Source: Promethearchaeota archaeon
GTDB taxonomy: Archaea > Asgardarchaeota > Lokiarchaeia > Sigyniarchaeales > SOKP01
Direction: 5' to 3'
NCBI GenBank assembly: GCA_029838195.1
Contig: JALGVJ010000009.1
Span: 50,661 to 114,660 of the forward strand
DNA: 64,000 nucleotides
Below, in pieces: positions 29,351 to 40,876 of the stretch. The translations under genes and the position numbers were made by a program. Numbering within the stretch: the stretch's first letter is position 1; each line of letters starts with the position of its first letter. Below the pieces are notes generated by a model. The model had not been told where the DNA came from, did not search any database, and saw only the letters and a list, made by a program, of their open reading frames with translations.

Positions 29351-30163
29351 CTATTTATTTCCTCCCGTCCAGATTCTCTCAATGCCATGTTCTCTCATGA
29401 TAGAAATTAATTTATATATTTTTTCATTCACGTTCCCTTGGATGAATTCGTGTTTTCTTTCATGCTTTATTTCAAAGGTTTTTACCACTTTTGTAGGAGA
29501 TTGATTGCATCCATCCAAGTGAGCAGGAAAATTCAAATATTTATGATCAATAATTTTAATTTTTTTTCTAAAAGCTCTTTTAATTCTTAATAAGGAGACA
29601 TGTCTGGGAACATTAAAATGCCGAGGAACCCTTATTAAAACGGGCAATTCTACCATGATATTTTGCGATTCATGACCAAAATTACGATGACAATAAAAAA
29701 TTCCACCCTCAATAGACATGGAAAAGATGTCCGTGATCAAGGGAATGTCAAGGGCTTCCGATAATTGATAAGGAACTTGTCCCGTGCTTGAATCGGCCGT
29801 TTTGCTTCCCGTTATGATGATATCATAATGTCTAATGGAATTAAATACTTCCTTTAAGACAAGAGTGGTTTGCAGGGTATCTGAATATGCAAATCGAGGA
29901 TCGGATATTAAAATAGCGCCATCCACGCCCATTGCTAAAGCTTCTCGTAATGCTAATTCCGCTTGAGGCGGGCCCATGGTAACAGCAGTAACATATCCTC
30001 CATATTGCTCTTTTAGGCTAATACCTAATTCTAATCCGTTTAAATCATCAGGATTTATAATGGTTTCAATTCCTTCTCTAATAATGGTACCTGTTTTAGG
30101 ATTGATTTTAATCTCACGAATTTCCGGGACTTGTTTAATCAACACGTAAATTTCTAACCCCAT
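29351..30163 (-). CDS. etfB: Electron transfer flavoprotein beta subunit
   Basis: KQVP, INPDD, TMGPP, ALAMG, DTLQT, DSSTGQV. Confidence 0.93.
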   Translation of the reverse strand: MGLEIYVLIKQVPEIREIKINPKTGTIIREGIETIINPDDLNGLELGISLKEQYGGYVTAVTMGPPQAELALREALAMGVDGAILISDPRFAYSDTLQTTLVLKEVFNSIRHYDIIITGSKTADSSTGQVPYQLSEALDIPLITDIFSMSIEGGIFYCHRNFGHESQNIMVELPVLIRVPRHFNVPRHVSLLRIKRAFRKKIKIIDHKYLNFPAHLDGCNQSPTKVVKTFEIKHERKHEFIQGNVNEKIYKLISIMREHGIERIWTGGNK

Positions 30164-30176
30164 TTTTATTTTCCTC

Positions 30177-31328
30177 TCATTTTCCCAAAATTTTTCTTGA
30201 AATAATTAATTTCATGATTTCATTGGTCCCTTCATATAATTCCGTGACTTTTGAATCCCGATAATACCGCTCTAAAGGCAGATCTTTCATGTATCCATAC
30301 CCACCGTGAATTTGTATGGCTTCTTGAGAAATCTCTCTTGCAATCTTACTGGCAAAATACTTACATGTAGCCGAGGCTTTTGAAATATCTCTCTTCTGAT
30401 CTTTTAAAAACGCAGCATTATAAACCAGTAATCGGGCGGCATCTATTTTTGCTGACATTTCAGCCAATTTGAAAGAAATGCCTTGGAAACTTGAAATGGG
30501 CCTCCCAAATTGAATGCGGCCCTTGGAATATTCAATGGAATGTTCGAAAGCTGCTTGAGCAATTCCTAGCGCTTGGGCGGCAATTCCAATTCTTCCCACG
30601 TTTAACGCATCCATTGCGATTTTAAAACCATCGGAAAGATTCCCCAAAACATTTTCTATTGGAATTTCCACGTCATGAAAGTAGAGACTGGTGGTGATGT
30701 TTCCCCGCATGCCCAACTTATCTTCTGGAGGTCCAATCTCATAGCCTTTCATGTCCCTTTCCACGATGAATGCTCCTATTCCCTTTTGTCCATCATCCGT
30801 TAAAAATTTTGCTCCAATTAACATTACAGAGGCGATCCCGCCATTAGTTACGAAAATTTTCGAGCCATTCAAGATAAAATGATCCCCTTCTTGAACGGCC
30901 GTGGTTTCAATAGCCGCCGCATCCGAACCTGCATTTGGTTCCGTCCAAGAAAACCCCGCTATTTTTCTCCCTCGGGCTAAATCCGTCAAAAATCTTGCTT
31001 TTTGTTCTTCCGTACCCCATTTATAAATTGGGTAGGCCCCTACAGAATTATGAACCGTTAATGTTAACGCCGTGGAAGCACACACGCGAGCGATTTCTTC
31101 AATTATAAGGGTATAAGAAATGGAATCCAAACCAGCACCGCCATATTCCTCTGGAAGCTGGATACCCCAGGCATTTATCTCCGCTAATTTTTCGAAAATT
31201 TTTTGGCTAAAAGTTGCTTCTTTATCAAAAATAGGTGCGACTGGAGCTAGAATATCGTTTGCGAACTTTCTAACATTCCTTCGTATTAGTTTTTGTTGAT
31301 CGGTTAGCTCAAAATTCAAGATTATCAC
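30177..31328 (-). CDS. Acyl-CoA dehydrogenase (butyryl-CoA dehydrogenase-like)
   Basis: TEPNAGSD, NGSKIFVTNG, KLGMRG, GRIGIAAQ, R-QFGRPI, QIHGGYGY, YEGTNEI. Confidence 0.95.
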   Translation of the reverse strand: MIILNFELTDQQKLIRRNVRKFANDILAPVAPIFDKEATFSQKIFEKLAEINAWGIQLPEEYGGAGLDSISYTLIIEEIARVCASTALTLTVHNSVGAYPIYKWGTEEQKARFLTDLARGRKIAGFSWTEPNAGSDAAAIETTAVQEGDHFILNGSKIFVTNGGIASVMLIGAKFLTDDGQKGIGAFIVERDMKGYEIGPPEDKLGMRGNITTSLYFHDVEIPIENVLGNLSDGFKIAMDALNVGRIGIAAQALGIAQAAFEHSIEYSKGRIQFGRPISSFQGISFKLAEMSAKIDAARLLVYNAAFLKDQKRDISKASATCKYFASKIAREISQEAIQIHGGYGYMKDLPLERYYRDSKVTELYEGTNEIMKLIISRKILGK

Positions 31329-31760
31329 GAATAAAAAACATTAAAATTTTCATGAATTAGTAAAAATTTGCGTACTCATTATTTCTTTCCATACTAATTC
31401 TAAAGATTTAATGATTTAAAATTTTCATTGATCCATTCATTTCATTCTCTCATCTTGGAAAAGATTTCGAGAAATAATCCCGTCCTGTAAGATTAATTAT
31501 TCTCATTTTAAAAAAATGGAAAAAACATTATCCCTTATATTTTTTGGAGGAACCTTACTTTAATAAAGCGATCTGGAAGAACATCATGTTAATAAACCAA
31601 TTTAAAAAAAAAAAACGGGATATGAGATTTCTCCAATTATTATTTCTCCTATAAGGCTTGAATACGAGAAGATTTTTTAAATATCAAATATAATTAGAAA
31701 TCAAATGAAAAAATTTGGATTGAATTACGACTAAAATATAACGCAATCTAACGGCGGTAT

Positions 31761-32135
31761 GTGATCATGTCTATAGCATGGAGAGGAATCACTTGGGGTC
31801 TCATTTTTTTAATGGGGGGATTAATTTTCTTAGTGATTCCCACCTACTTGGTTGTTACATTTTGGGTTTTCTTAAATGAAATTACGATTAACGGAAATCC
31901 CGTGTATACATACGCTTTATTTGCCATTTTTCTTTATATTATTTGTATTTTAGTTGGAGCCATTTTTATCACCGCAATGATCAGGGCGTTCATTCAGAGG
32001 AATAACCCCGATTTGGGAATTCCTAATGGCGTGAAAGGAGCAGCTCTCATTACTGATATCATCGTGATTGGAATAATGGTATTAGTTTATTTTTTCACGG
32101 GTTCTATTGCTTTTTTTTCCTTAAAGCCACCTTGA
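31761..32135 (+). CDS. Small membrane protein (3 TM), unknown function
   Basis: Three hydrophobic segments. Confidence 0.7.
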   Translation: MIMSIAWRGITWGLIFLMGGLIFLVIPTYLVVTFWVFLNEITINGNPVYTYALFAIFLYIICILVGAIFITAMIRAFIQRNNPDLGIPNGVKGAALITDIIVIGIMVLVYFFTGSIAFFSLKPP

Positions 32136-32415
32136 ATTCATTAAAAATAAATGAAATCTTTTATTGGAAAAATAATCGAACCCTTTTTTTGTTCCATCTT
32201 ACTCCACTTTTCTTCTTTACTAAATTGTTAGTTTAGAATAAAAAATTTCTTGAATACGTTTCAATCCTTTTGCTCGTATGATTTTAGATCTTTACGTGAA
32301 CGTGAAGATTTACTAATATTATAAATTCACGTATTTTTTTATTATTATATAATAAACTATATTCGTTTTATAAAAATCAACTCGAATATTGCATGATTGT
32401 TGAGGTGTGTGATTC

Positions 32416-32994
32416 ATTCCGCGTGATAGAGTTTATTTTGATCGAAAGAATGATGATAAAGAAAGAGTTCTCTTTAAAATCTGCGTTTTTGGCGATGGAG
32501 GGGTGGGAAAAACAACCTTAATTAATCGATACATTACGGGTTCATTTAGAGATTCCTATAAAATGACAATAGGAGTAGACTTCATGTCCAAGATCTTAAA
32601 TATTAAAGGAATAGAAGTATATTTACAGATATGGGATTTTGCCGGAGAAGACCGGTTTCGCTTTCTAATTCCGGGCTATATAGAAGGAGCAAGCGGAGGA
32701 ATTTTCATGTATGACATCACGCGGCTTAAAAGTTTAATAAATCTTGAAGAGTGGTATTCCATACTTATAAAGTCATGGAAAGAATATGATTTATTTCCCA
32801 TTGTTTTAGTAGGAGGAAAGTCAGATCTCAAGAGAAATAGGTCGGTAAACATGAAACAAGGAGAGGAGTTTTGTCGGAATCATAAAATGATAAAATTCAT
32901 TGAATGCTCCTCTAAAACAGGTGAAAATGTTGCGGAGATCTTTGATGTATTAGCTCGTGAATTGGTGGAACGCATGTTAAAAAGTAATAAATGA
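32416..32994 (+). CDS. Rab-like small GTPase; start uncertain (ATT 32416 proposed)
   Basis: The frame extends upstream of GTG 32503 to give a complete beta1/G1 (VLFKICVFGDGGVGKT); TIGVDF, IWDFAGEDRF, GKSDL, ECSSKTG. Confidence 0.85.
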   Translation: MPRDRVYFDRKNDDKERVLFKICVFGDGGVGKTTLINRYITGSFRDSYKMTIGVDFMSKILNIKGIEVYLQIWDFAGEDRFRFLIPGYIEGASGGIFMYDITRLKSLINLEEWYSILIKSWKEYDLFPIVLVGGKSDLKRNRSVNMKQGEEFCRNHKMIKFIECSSKTGENVAEIFDVLARELVERMLKSNK

Positions 32995-33009
32995 AAAAAG
33001 AGAAAGGTA

Positions 33010-34218
33010 TCATCTTCTTTTCATGAAGATTTTAATGAGCTGATAAATAACGTTTTTGTTATTTTTAAGAAAATGGGTTAGAAATCGTAAAATAGAAAAA
33101 TTTCGAAGGAGTTTAAGGAGAAATCTCAAGGGAAAATCCATGTCGCCATAAAGAGTTATGAGATGTTCGATTTTAGCCATTTTTATAATAGAAAAAAGAT
33201 GGTCAAACTCTTCGGGAGTAAAAGAGAGAAACAAGATGCGAAGAATGAGATGGATTTTTAATTCTCGTCCAATTTTTCTTCGGCAAGGGCGTTCATAATA
33301 TTTTTCTATAATCCGATGGGAGAAATCATTGTTTTTAAAGCATAAATCGATACACTGCGCAGCGATTTTAGCAGCCGTTAGTAACATGATGATGCCCCCT
33401 CCCGTAGTGGCCTTTACTTGGCACGCTGCATCTCCTAATAATAACACGTTATCAAAGGCTAAGCGATTCATTGTACCAAGGGGTATGATTCCTCCTTGAC
33501 GGTTGACAATATTTTTCTTGGAAACTTGAAGGTATTCTAATAAATAATTTAATTTTGAGGCGGGATTCTTCTCGCATGCAAGTCCGATTCGATAAAAATA
33601 ATTTCCTTCCGGTACGATCCATCCAAATAATTCTTTCCAAATTGGTTTGAATATCATGACCGCTTCTCTATCATTAAAAGAAGCTTTCACCCGAACTTGA
33701 GCGCCATAAATAACCTTGTTTTTAACACCTAATAGTCGTGCCACGGTAGATAAGGGGCCATCACATCCAATAACTAATTTACATTTTATTTGACGTTTGG
33801 AGGTTTGGACACGCATGATTCTCTCGGAATGCTCTAATTCAGGAGAGAAAGATTTGAATTTTTCATTTAAGAGATAAGTCACATTACTTAGATGCTTGAT
33901 TTTTTCATAAAAATATCTATCTAAAGCAATTCTGTCAATAATAAGAGGCTCTTCCTCCCCTGCTAACTTGATTACTAATCCCGAAGGAGAAATCAATTTA
34001 GCAACCTTCACACGGTTTAAAATTATTGTTTGAGGGATGGTAATTAATTGAGTGAGCTTTTTCGACACGATTCCCGCGCATTGAAACGGATAACCTATTT
34101 CTCCGTGCTCTTCAATAACAATGATTCTATAATTTTTTTTTGATAAAAGATAAGCTAAGTAATTGCCCGCAATGCTTCCTCCTACGATTACAATATCATA
34201 GTTTTCTACTTTTTCCAT
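33010..34218 (-). CDS. Geranylgeranyl reductase family flavoprotein
   Basis: VGGSIAG, QCAG, GCDGPLS, FGWIVP, GDAACQVKATTGGGI. Confidence 0.88.
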   Translation of the reverse strand: MEKVENYDIVIVGGSIAGNYLAYLLSKKNYRIIVIEEHGEIGYPFQCAGIVSKKLTQLITIPQTIILNRVKVAKLISPSGLVIKLAGEEEPLIIDRIALDRYFYEKIKHLSNVTYLLNEKFKSFSPELEHSERIMRVQTSKRQIKCKLVIGCDGPLSTVARLLGVKNKVIYGAQVRVKASFNDREAVMIFKPIWKELFGWIVPEGNYFYRIGLACEKNPASKLNYLLEYLQVSKKNIVNRQGGIIPLGTMNRLAFDNVLLLGDAACQVKATTGGGIIMLLTAAKIAAQCIDLCFKNNDFSHRIIEKYYERPCRRKIGRELKIHLILRILFLSFTPEEFDHLFSIIKMAKIEHLITLYGDMDFPLRFLLKLLRNFSILRFLTHFLKNNKNVIYQLIKIFMKRR

Positions 34219-34727
34219 TTTAGCTTCAGACTTTAATATTTTTCTCTAATCCCATGTATTTTAAAATTTCTTTTTTATTTTTCAGAATGTTAACCATTAA
34301 TAAAGTCTTTTTTCATTTCGCAATAGTGCTTACGTTAAAAAAAATCAAATCTTTTAATCCTATTATTATAAAAATTCTTTTTCGTTTTGATTATCATTTT
34401 ATAATAGGTAAATAATAGAAAGAATACTATTTTATTAACCCAAATGTACTTAGCAAGATAATTATATTCCTAAATAACCGTATTTTAACTCCCAAGATTG
34501 CGGGATATCGTCGTTTTATATCTAAAAACTGATACATGAAACTGATTTAAAAAAAAACAATACCTATAGCCTTTCCGATATAAACAATACGGAAAATATT
34601 GAATGGGCAAAAATCCCATAAATTTTATCTAATTTTTTTGGAGAGCAGGAATTTTTAATGTTTCTTTTTATATTTATCAAATTTTTAATTAAAAATTTAC
34701 TTCATGAAAATGAACTTTGAGGTTTTT

Positions 34728-35714
34728 TCATTCTTTCCGATAACCTAAATCCATTAACATGCCATATACGAGGCCTAAAATTATTCCTTTAAAAGTAGAA
34801 TCATTATCTCTAGCAATATCAGACCTCTCCATCAATAAGGGCGTGATCTTTTCTACAACATATCTCGTTTCGGGTTTCTCTTGATAATATTCCATGACTT
34901 TTTTCCTAAAAAGTTCTGTAAATGCCTCATTTTCTTCAATAATTTCTTTCACGCTATCGCGGCCCTTTATCAAGCCAAAATGACCAAAGCCCCCCATAAT
35001 AGGTTTAAATTGCTTGATCTTTCTTAATGAATTCATGTATTTTTTATGATTATATAAAACGGGCATGGAGGTTGGCATGGTAAGTAATTTCGTGGAATGA
35101 TAAAGGGTTCCGACCGCTTCTCCAAAAAACATGAATTCTACCTCTCCATTTTCTTTTATAAATAGCGGGCACTGGTGATCATGAGTGTGGCCTGGCGTTG
35201 ATAGAATAGCTAATCCGAGTTCAATACCATTCACGTGGAATTTTTCAAGTATTTCAAGTCTCTCAGGATTTTCAAAGGGTGTGATGATTTTAAAATATTC
35301 GGGAGGGATGGGTTTCATTTCGCCCACAAAATTACCATAGGTTCGTCTCGCTCTATCTAAATGGTATTGAAAGTCATTTAACAAGCCCATCATCGCATTA
35401 CTTGCTAGAATTTTTATCTCCGGAGAATAGTTTTTTATTAATTCGATGAATTGCCATGTTCCCCCATTATGGTCGAAATGTCCGTGGCTGGGAATGATAT
35501 ACTTCACGGAAGATAATTCAATTTCGCTTTTTTTTAAATATCTCATCAATTTTTTAGTGTCAAGAGAAGATCCCGTGTCAAATATCAGAGTACCTTCTTC
35601 AAATTCTGCTATATAAACGGATAAGATTCGACGTGAGCCATAGGCCCGTAGATCAACGTGATGCAAATAATCATTAACTTTTCCCGAATCCAAAATTATC
35701 TCATGTCCATTCAT
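34728..35714 (-). CDS. Metallo-beta-lactamase fold hydrolase
   Basis: SHGHFDHNGG, TPGHT, FGHFG. Confidence 0.88.
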   Translation of the reverse strand: MNGHEIILDSGKVNDYLHHVDLRAYGSRRILSVYIAEFEEGTLIFDTGSSLDTKKLMRYLKKSEIELSSVKYIIPSHGHFDHNGGTWQFIELIKNYSPEIKILASNAMMGLLNDFQYHLDRARRTYGNFVGEMKPIPPEYFKIITPFENPERLEILEKFHVNGIELGLAILSTPGHTHDHQCPLFIKENGEVEFMFFGEAVGTLYHSTKLLTMPTSMPVLYNHKKYMNSLRKIKQFKPIMGGFGHFGLIKGRDSVKEIIEENEAFTELFRKKVMEYYQEKPETRYVVEKITPLLMERSDIARDNDSTFKGIILGLVYGMLMDLGYRKE

Positions 35715-35756
35715 TTTAAAAGAAATAATGTAAAATTGATTAATAACTCTATGATT

Positions 35757-36320
35757 TCATATCATGACTTCTTCATTCAAAAGAGACAAGACGACAGCAT
35801 CATGAAAGGTACCTCTCAAATTAAGATAATGCCGTAACACTCCTTCTTCAACAAATCCAGATTTTTTGAATAGTTTTAAAGATCGTGCATTTTTAGTTGC
35901 TACATGGACTTCTAAGCGGTGTAATTTTAAATGGTGAAATGCAATTAATTTTATCAATTCAAGAGCTTTTGTGCCGTATCCCTTGCTCCAATAATCAGGA
36001 ATCAGCCAAATTCCAATTTCTGCCCGACCATGGTGCCAACTAATATTCCATAAGCTAATAAGTCCTATTTTCATGATTCTTTCTTTTTCTAATTCAATGA
36101 TGTAATTAAACTGATGATATTTATTCCATTCCTTGAGATATTCATTTATTAGTTTTTTGGCACTTTTCTTAGAAAAAAGAGGGCCTATTGATAAATATTG
36201 CGTAACATGCATATCCTTAAGACTTTCTTGAAGAAAATGAAAATCTTTTTTTTTGACTTTCCTTAAAATTATAGGCGCTTCAGAAATTTCCTCTAAGATT
36301 TCTATATTAGGTCGCATCAA
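35757..36320 (-). CDS. GNAT acetyltransferase, RimJ/RimL-like
   Basis: AEIGIWL, YWSKGYGT, NARSLKLFKKSGFVEEGVLR. Confidence 0.9.
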   Translation of the reverse strand: MMRPNIEILEEISEAPIILRKVKKKDFHFLQESLKDMHVTQYLSIGPLFSKKSAKKLINEYLKEWNKYHQFNYIIELEKERIMKIGLISLWNISWHHGRAEIGIWLIPDYWSKGYGTKALELIKLIAFHHLKLHRLEVHVATKNARSLKLFKKSGFVEEGVLRHYLNLRGTFHDAVVLSLLNEEVMI

Positions 36321-36410
36321 GTAAAAATTATATCGTTCTGTTTTTAAACTTTTAAAAATAGGATGATAAAATAAAAAAAAAAGCTTTAAAGATACTTGAG
36401 GAAGTTGGTT

Positions 36411-37259
36411 TTAATATCCTTTAAATTTCGGCTCTTTTCTGCGCAAGAATGCATTTATCCCTTCTTTAACGTCAGAGGAAGCAGAATTTACACCAAATCC
36501 TAGTTGTTCAAATTGTAGCCCAATTTTCAAGGGGACTTGAGTTCCAAATTTCGCCGCTCGTTTTATCACCATTAAAGCGGTAGTCGCAGCATTTCCCAAC
36601 CATTTAGCTTTTTCATGTACGAATTCTTCAAATTTATCATCATCTACTAAATATGTAACAAATCCCCATTCGTACATAGTTTCTGCAGTTTCTCTCTCAC
36701 CAAAATAAAGCATTTTCATGGCTCTATTTAATCCTATATGGCGAATCATTCTTTGTGTTCCTCCATTTGCCGGAAATATTCCTCTAACAATTTCAGGAAA
36801 TCCGAATTGCGAGCGCTTGCTTGCAATTATGATATCACAACACAAAGCTAATTCACAACCACCACCAAATGCATATCCATCAACAGCACCGATTAAAGGT
36901 TTAGCAAATTCTTCGATGAGATCATAATATTTATGTCGCATGTACATCGCATGAGTCATGTGAATGGGAACATTCATTTTTAATTGCGGAGGCATGGGTG
37001 CCGATAAATCTGCTCCAGAAGAAAATGCAGGCTTCTTAGTATATTCTTTCGTGCCTCGAAGAACGACGCAGCGAATATCATTGTCAATTTCCATCATTTC
37101 TAAAGCTTCATACACTTCTTGAACCGTTTGAACTTGTAATGCATTTAATTTATCAGGGCGATTTAAAAAAATCACAGCATAATTTCCATCAATGGTTCCT
37201 CCCTCTTTAGTGGTAGGCCAATCAATTTTAATATGTTCAAATTTTTTCTCTTCAGCCAT
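36411..37259 (-). CDS. Enoyl-CoA hydratase/isomerase
   Basis: LNRPDKLNAL, FSSGADL, GYAFGGGCEL, PEIVRGIFP-GGTQR. Confidence 0.93.
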   Translation of the reverse strand: MAEEKKFEHIKIDWPTTKEGGTIDGNYAVIFLNRPDKLNALQVQTVQEVYEALEMMEIDNDIRCVVLRGTKEYTKKPAFSSGADLSAPMPPQLKMNVPIHMTHAMYMRHKYYDLIEEFAKPLIGAVDGYAFGGGCELALCCDIIIASKRSQFGFPEIVRGIFPANGGTQRMIRHIGLNRAMKMLYFGERETAETMYEWGFVTYLVDDDKFEEFVHEKAKWLGNAATTALMVIKRAAKFGTQVPLKIGLQFEQLGFGVNSASSDVKEGINAFLRRKEPKFKGY

Positions 37260-37793
37260 TTTTCAAACCTCTTTCTTTTTAATTTACATGTATTGAGAAT
37301 TTTTTTACCTTAATAGAAGGAAATTCTCATGATATTTTTACTTTTTAATGGGTAGTATAGGTTTTAGTATAATTAAAAAATTTACAAAATGATAATTTTT
37401 TAACTAAAAATGGATCATCAATTATCTTGAAATTGTTTTCTCATGATTAATTATCTCAATAGAACTTAATGATTTCTAACCATTTTGTTATTGAACTATA
37501 AACACGTTCCCTTAAAAAATTGTAAATGAATCTACTATTTTTGACGTTTTAGTAATTTTTGATAAAAGAATTTGCTTTTTTAAGCAATTCAGAGCTTTTA
37601 GTCTATTTGTTTTGAAAAAAAAGCGAAAAATTAAGAGATTATTAAGTTTTTCTTATTTATAATTTACGCATATGAAAAAATGTTGCTTGAGGTAAGATTT
37701 AATAGTAATTTATCAACGTGTTTCTTGAACTCAATACATTTCAAAGAAGAGTATGAAAATAAAAAAGAAATATTATTTAGAAATGTAAATTGG

Positions 37794-38969
37794 TTATTTT
37801 CTCATTTTTACAAATTGACCCGTCTTCATTAACTCGCACGGACGCAAGTATTCCTTTTTGGTTTTATCCGCTAATTCTTCTAAAAGTTTAGACCATTTTT
37901 CCCAATTTTTTTTTCCGGCTCCAAAAGGTCCTGGCGTATTCATACCGGCCATGTTAGCATCATCTATAATCTTATAGCCAGATGCAACACCTTCCTCAAG
38001 AATTCGGCATCCTTCGTTTAGCATGATGGCCATGGAATACTCTAAATTAAATATTCCGGCAGGTTCTGCCTTTTTAACTTTTTCCACAATAGCGTCTCTG
38101 CCTTGACTCCAATCATAAAAGCCCTTACCAGTTTTCGCTCCCAAGTTTCCATTCGCCACAAGCTCTTTAACAACTTTAGGAGGTTCAAAGTCAGGTGAAA
38201 GGGTTTCCTTATAATAATTCATAACATGCAACATGGTGTCCAAACCAACATAATCTGATAACATGCACGGACCCATGGGCATTTTCCCGCCCGCATCTGC
38301 ATCGATTCGCTCCCATGGAATGCCTTTTTCAGCAGCTTGGTCGAATACCCATCCCATATAGATTTGAACGGGTGCATTCATTCGATTCACGATGAATCCG
38401 GGTCTATCCTTCAATACGGGAGCAATGTATCTTTTACCACGCAAACATGGTAAAGTCTCTGCAACTTGCATTGCTGTATTAAAGGTCTCATCGGAAGTTT
38501 GAGCTCCCTTGATCACCTCAATACATCTCATAAGTGGGACTGGATTAAAGAAATGCATTCCACATACTCTTTCCGGGGCGCCCGAATCTTTTCCAATTTC
38601 CGTGATGCTCATCGTAGAGGTATTAGAAGCAAAAATCACGTGAGCTGGTCCATTTTCCATGACGGTTTTACAAACATCTTTTTTTACGTCCATTTTTTCT
38701 ACGACGGCTTCTATAACTATATCGGTGTCTTTTACAGCGGATGCGAGATCAATGGATGTTTTTAGCCGTCCCATGACTTCTGCTGCATTTAATTGTCCTT
38801 TTGCTTCTAATTTTTTTAATCCTTCTTCAATTTTTTTTACACCGTTATCGATGAATTCTTGTTTAATATCGACGAGGGTTACATTGTATCCCGCCATGAT
38901 GGAGACTTGAGCTATACCATGCCCCATCAGGCCAGCACCTAAAACGAGAACATTTTTTACATCAACCAT
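37794..38969 (-). CDS. 3-hydroxyacyl-CoA dehydrogenase
   Basis: GAGLMGHGIA, IEAVVE, ASNTS, GMHFFNP, PGFIVNR, PMGP, GAKTGKGFY. Confidence 0.95.
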   Translation of the reverse strand: MVDVKNVLVLGAGLMGHGIAQVSIMAGYNVTLVDIKQEFIDNGVKKIEEGLKKLEAKGQLNAAEVMGRLKTSIDLASAVKDTDIVIEAVVEKMDVKKDVCKTVMENGPAHVIFASNTSTMSITEIGKDSGAPERVCGMHFFNPVPLMRCIEVIKGAQTSDETFNTAMQVAETLPCLRGKRYIAPVLKDRPGFIVNRMNAPVQIYMGWVFDQAAEKGIPWERIDADAGGKMPMGPCMLSDYVGLDTMLHVMNYYKETLSPDFEPPKVVKELVANGNLGAKTGKGFYDWSQGRDAIVEKVKKAEPAGIFNLEYSMAIMLNEGCRILEEGVASGYKIIDDANMAGMNTPGPFGAGKKNWEKWSKLLEELADKTKKEYLRPCELMKTGQFVKMRK

Positions 38970-39563
38970 TTTTTAAATCAACCTTTTTTTAATTGAAATT
39001 GATTATTTTTTTTTGTTAAAATAATACTTTACATGATTATTAATCATGAAAGATTTTTTAATTTTTAACATTTTTTTGATCCATTTAATTATCAAGGATG
39101 AAAATAAAAAATAATATATACCAATTTATCAATCTTCTTTCCTTCAGAACACGGCTGTTCCCAGAAAAGAGCTTTTGACACTAGCATTTCATATTTTTTA
39201 TAATCCAAATGGGAATAAAAAAGGGATATCGGATGGATGAATTGAAATTACGACGTACGCTTGGTTTAAGTTTTAAATGATACGGAACAATTCCAATTTT
39301 TACTATTAAAATAACATTCAATATAAATCTATTTTCTTCATTACTCTAGTAAAACTATTGTTATTTTTAAAAATCCGTCAATAAGATTAATTCTCTAAAT
39401 AGATTTCAAACTTCTATTTTACTTTTTCTTTATAACCATAACTTATTTATATTTAAATTTTCATAATGATCATAAGATAACTGCTGAAATCATTGATTAA
39501 ACTTAGTTAGTTTCGTATTGATAATAATTGAAAGCAATTCAAATAAGGAGGGGGTAAAGAAAA

Positions 39564-40679
39564 ATGAAGATTGGAACGATTAGGGGAATTAATATAAAAT
39601 TACACTTTTCGACCTTATTAATCGTAGGATTAGTTGGATTTTATGCCGGATATTTTTATTTAGATTTGGTTCCCGCCGCTTCCGTTCTCGAGCTCATTGG
39701 AGTGGGAATTTTTAATGGATTTATCATATTATTCTGTATTCTGGTTCATGAATTGATGCATTCATTAGTGGCGAAGAGATATGGAATCAATGTTCCCGAA
39801 ATAAAATTGTACATTTTTGGGGGCGTATCTAAGATTGAAAGTGAACCGACAACGGCAAAAAGCGAAGCTATCATTTCTGGGGTTGGACCTCTTTCGAGCT
39901 TGCTCTTGGGGCTTGGATTTTTAATTGTGTCCTTTTCCGGAAGCGTGTTGCCTTCAATGCTAACGGTGTCATTTTTGTATTCCGGAATAACGAACCTGGG
40001 ACTGGCACTATTTAATTTAATACCGGCGTTTCCCATGGATGGTGGCAGAATCTTGCGGGCATTTATTTGGAGCCGTAAAAATGATTTTCTGCGCGCAACG
40101 ATGATTGCATCGAGAATAGGAAGAGTCTTTGGATATGGATTCATTTTCTTCGGTCTTTATCAGGTATTCTTTTTCGGTTTAGTGAATGGGATTTGGTTAA
40201 TTATGATAGGCTCTTTTCTAAACAACTCTGCTAGGAGATCTTACATTGAAACGTTGAATGACTTCAGATTATCAAGGATTCACGTGAAGGAGATGCTAAA
40301 TCCGGGCAAGCTTACCATCCCTCATGACATGATCATTAGCGACGCCATACGAGAATATTTCATTCCTCATAACAAGCCTTATTTTCCTGTAGTCAGAAAT
40401 GGCGAGATCATTGGTATTGTTCATATCGATGATATCAAGAAACTTTCCGTAGAAGAGCGGGCATTTAAGACCATTGGTGAATTGACTCGAAGCATTTCCT
40501 ATTTTCCAACGATTACAGGAGATAAAACGGGAATGGATGTCGTAAAAGCAATGCGAGCCATGGGCAATTATCCTCATTTAGTAGTAGTAAGAGATGATGA
40601 TGCTGAACATATTTTAGGATTTATTGGCCGTAAAGAACTAATAACATCCTTGCGATTTTGGAGGAGCATGAACGCGTAA
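39564..40679 (+). CDS. Site-2 protease (M50) with CBS domains
   Basis: HELMH, FNLIPAFPMDGGRILRA, C-terminal CBS pair. Confidence 0.92.
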   Translation: MKIGTIRGINIKLHFSTLLIVGLVGFYAGYFYLDLVPAASVLELIGVGIFNGFIILFCILVHELMHSLVAKRYGINVPEIKLYIFGGVSKIESEPTTAKSEAIISGVGPLSSLLLGLGFLIVSFSGSVLPSMLTVSFLYSGITNLGLALFNLIPAFPMDGGRILRAFIWSRKNDFLRATMIASRIGRVFGYGFIFFGLYQVFFFGLVNGIWLIMIGSFLNNSARRSYIETLNDFRLSRIHVKEMLNPGKLTIPHDMIISDAIREYFIPHNKPYFPVVRNGEIIGIVHIDDIKKLSVEERAFKTIGELTRSISYFPTITGDKTGMDVVKAMRAMGNYPHLVVVRDDDAEHILGFIGRKELITSLRFWRSMNA

Positions 40680-40876
40680 CGTGCTATCATGGTATTAACC
40701 CTCCTTCTTTTTTTTTTTATAATCAGTAATTCACGATTTTAACTGGATTTTTAAGGCTCCGATTCATGTAATTTTAGTGTTTTCACTCATTCCCGATTTC
40801 TCGAATCTTTCATTAAAAGGTGAATTCAGTCTCGCGCAATCACTCTTTTTTCTTTAAAATTTCATGTAAAAAAGAG

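Noticed and set aside
32407-32412. GTG-TGA as a start followed by Sec for the Rab-like GTPase
   Set aside because: The GTG overlaps the SD-like sequence, no SECIS follows, and Sec at residue 2 of a GTPase has no rationale.
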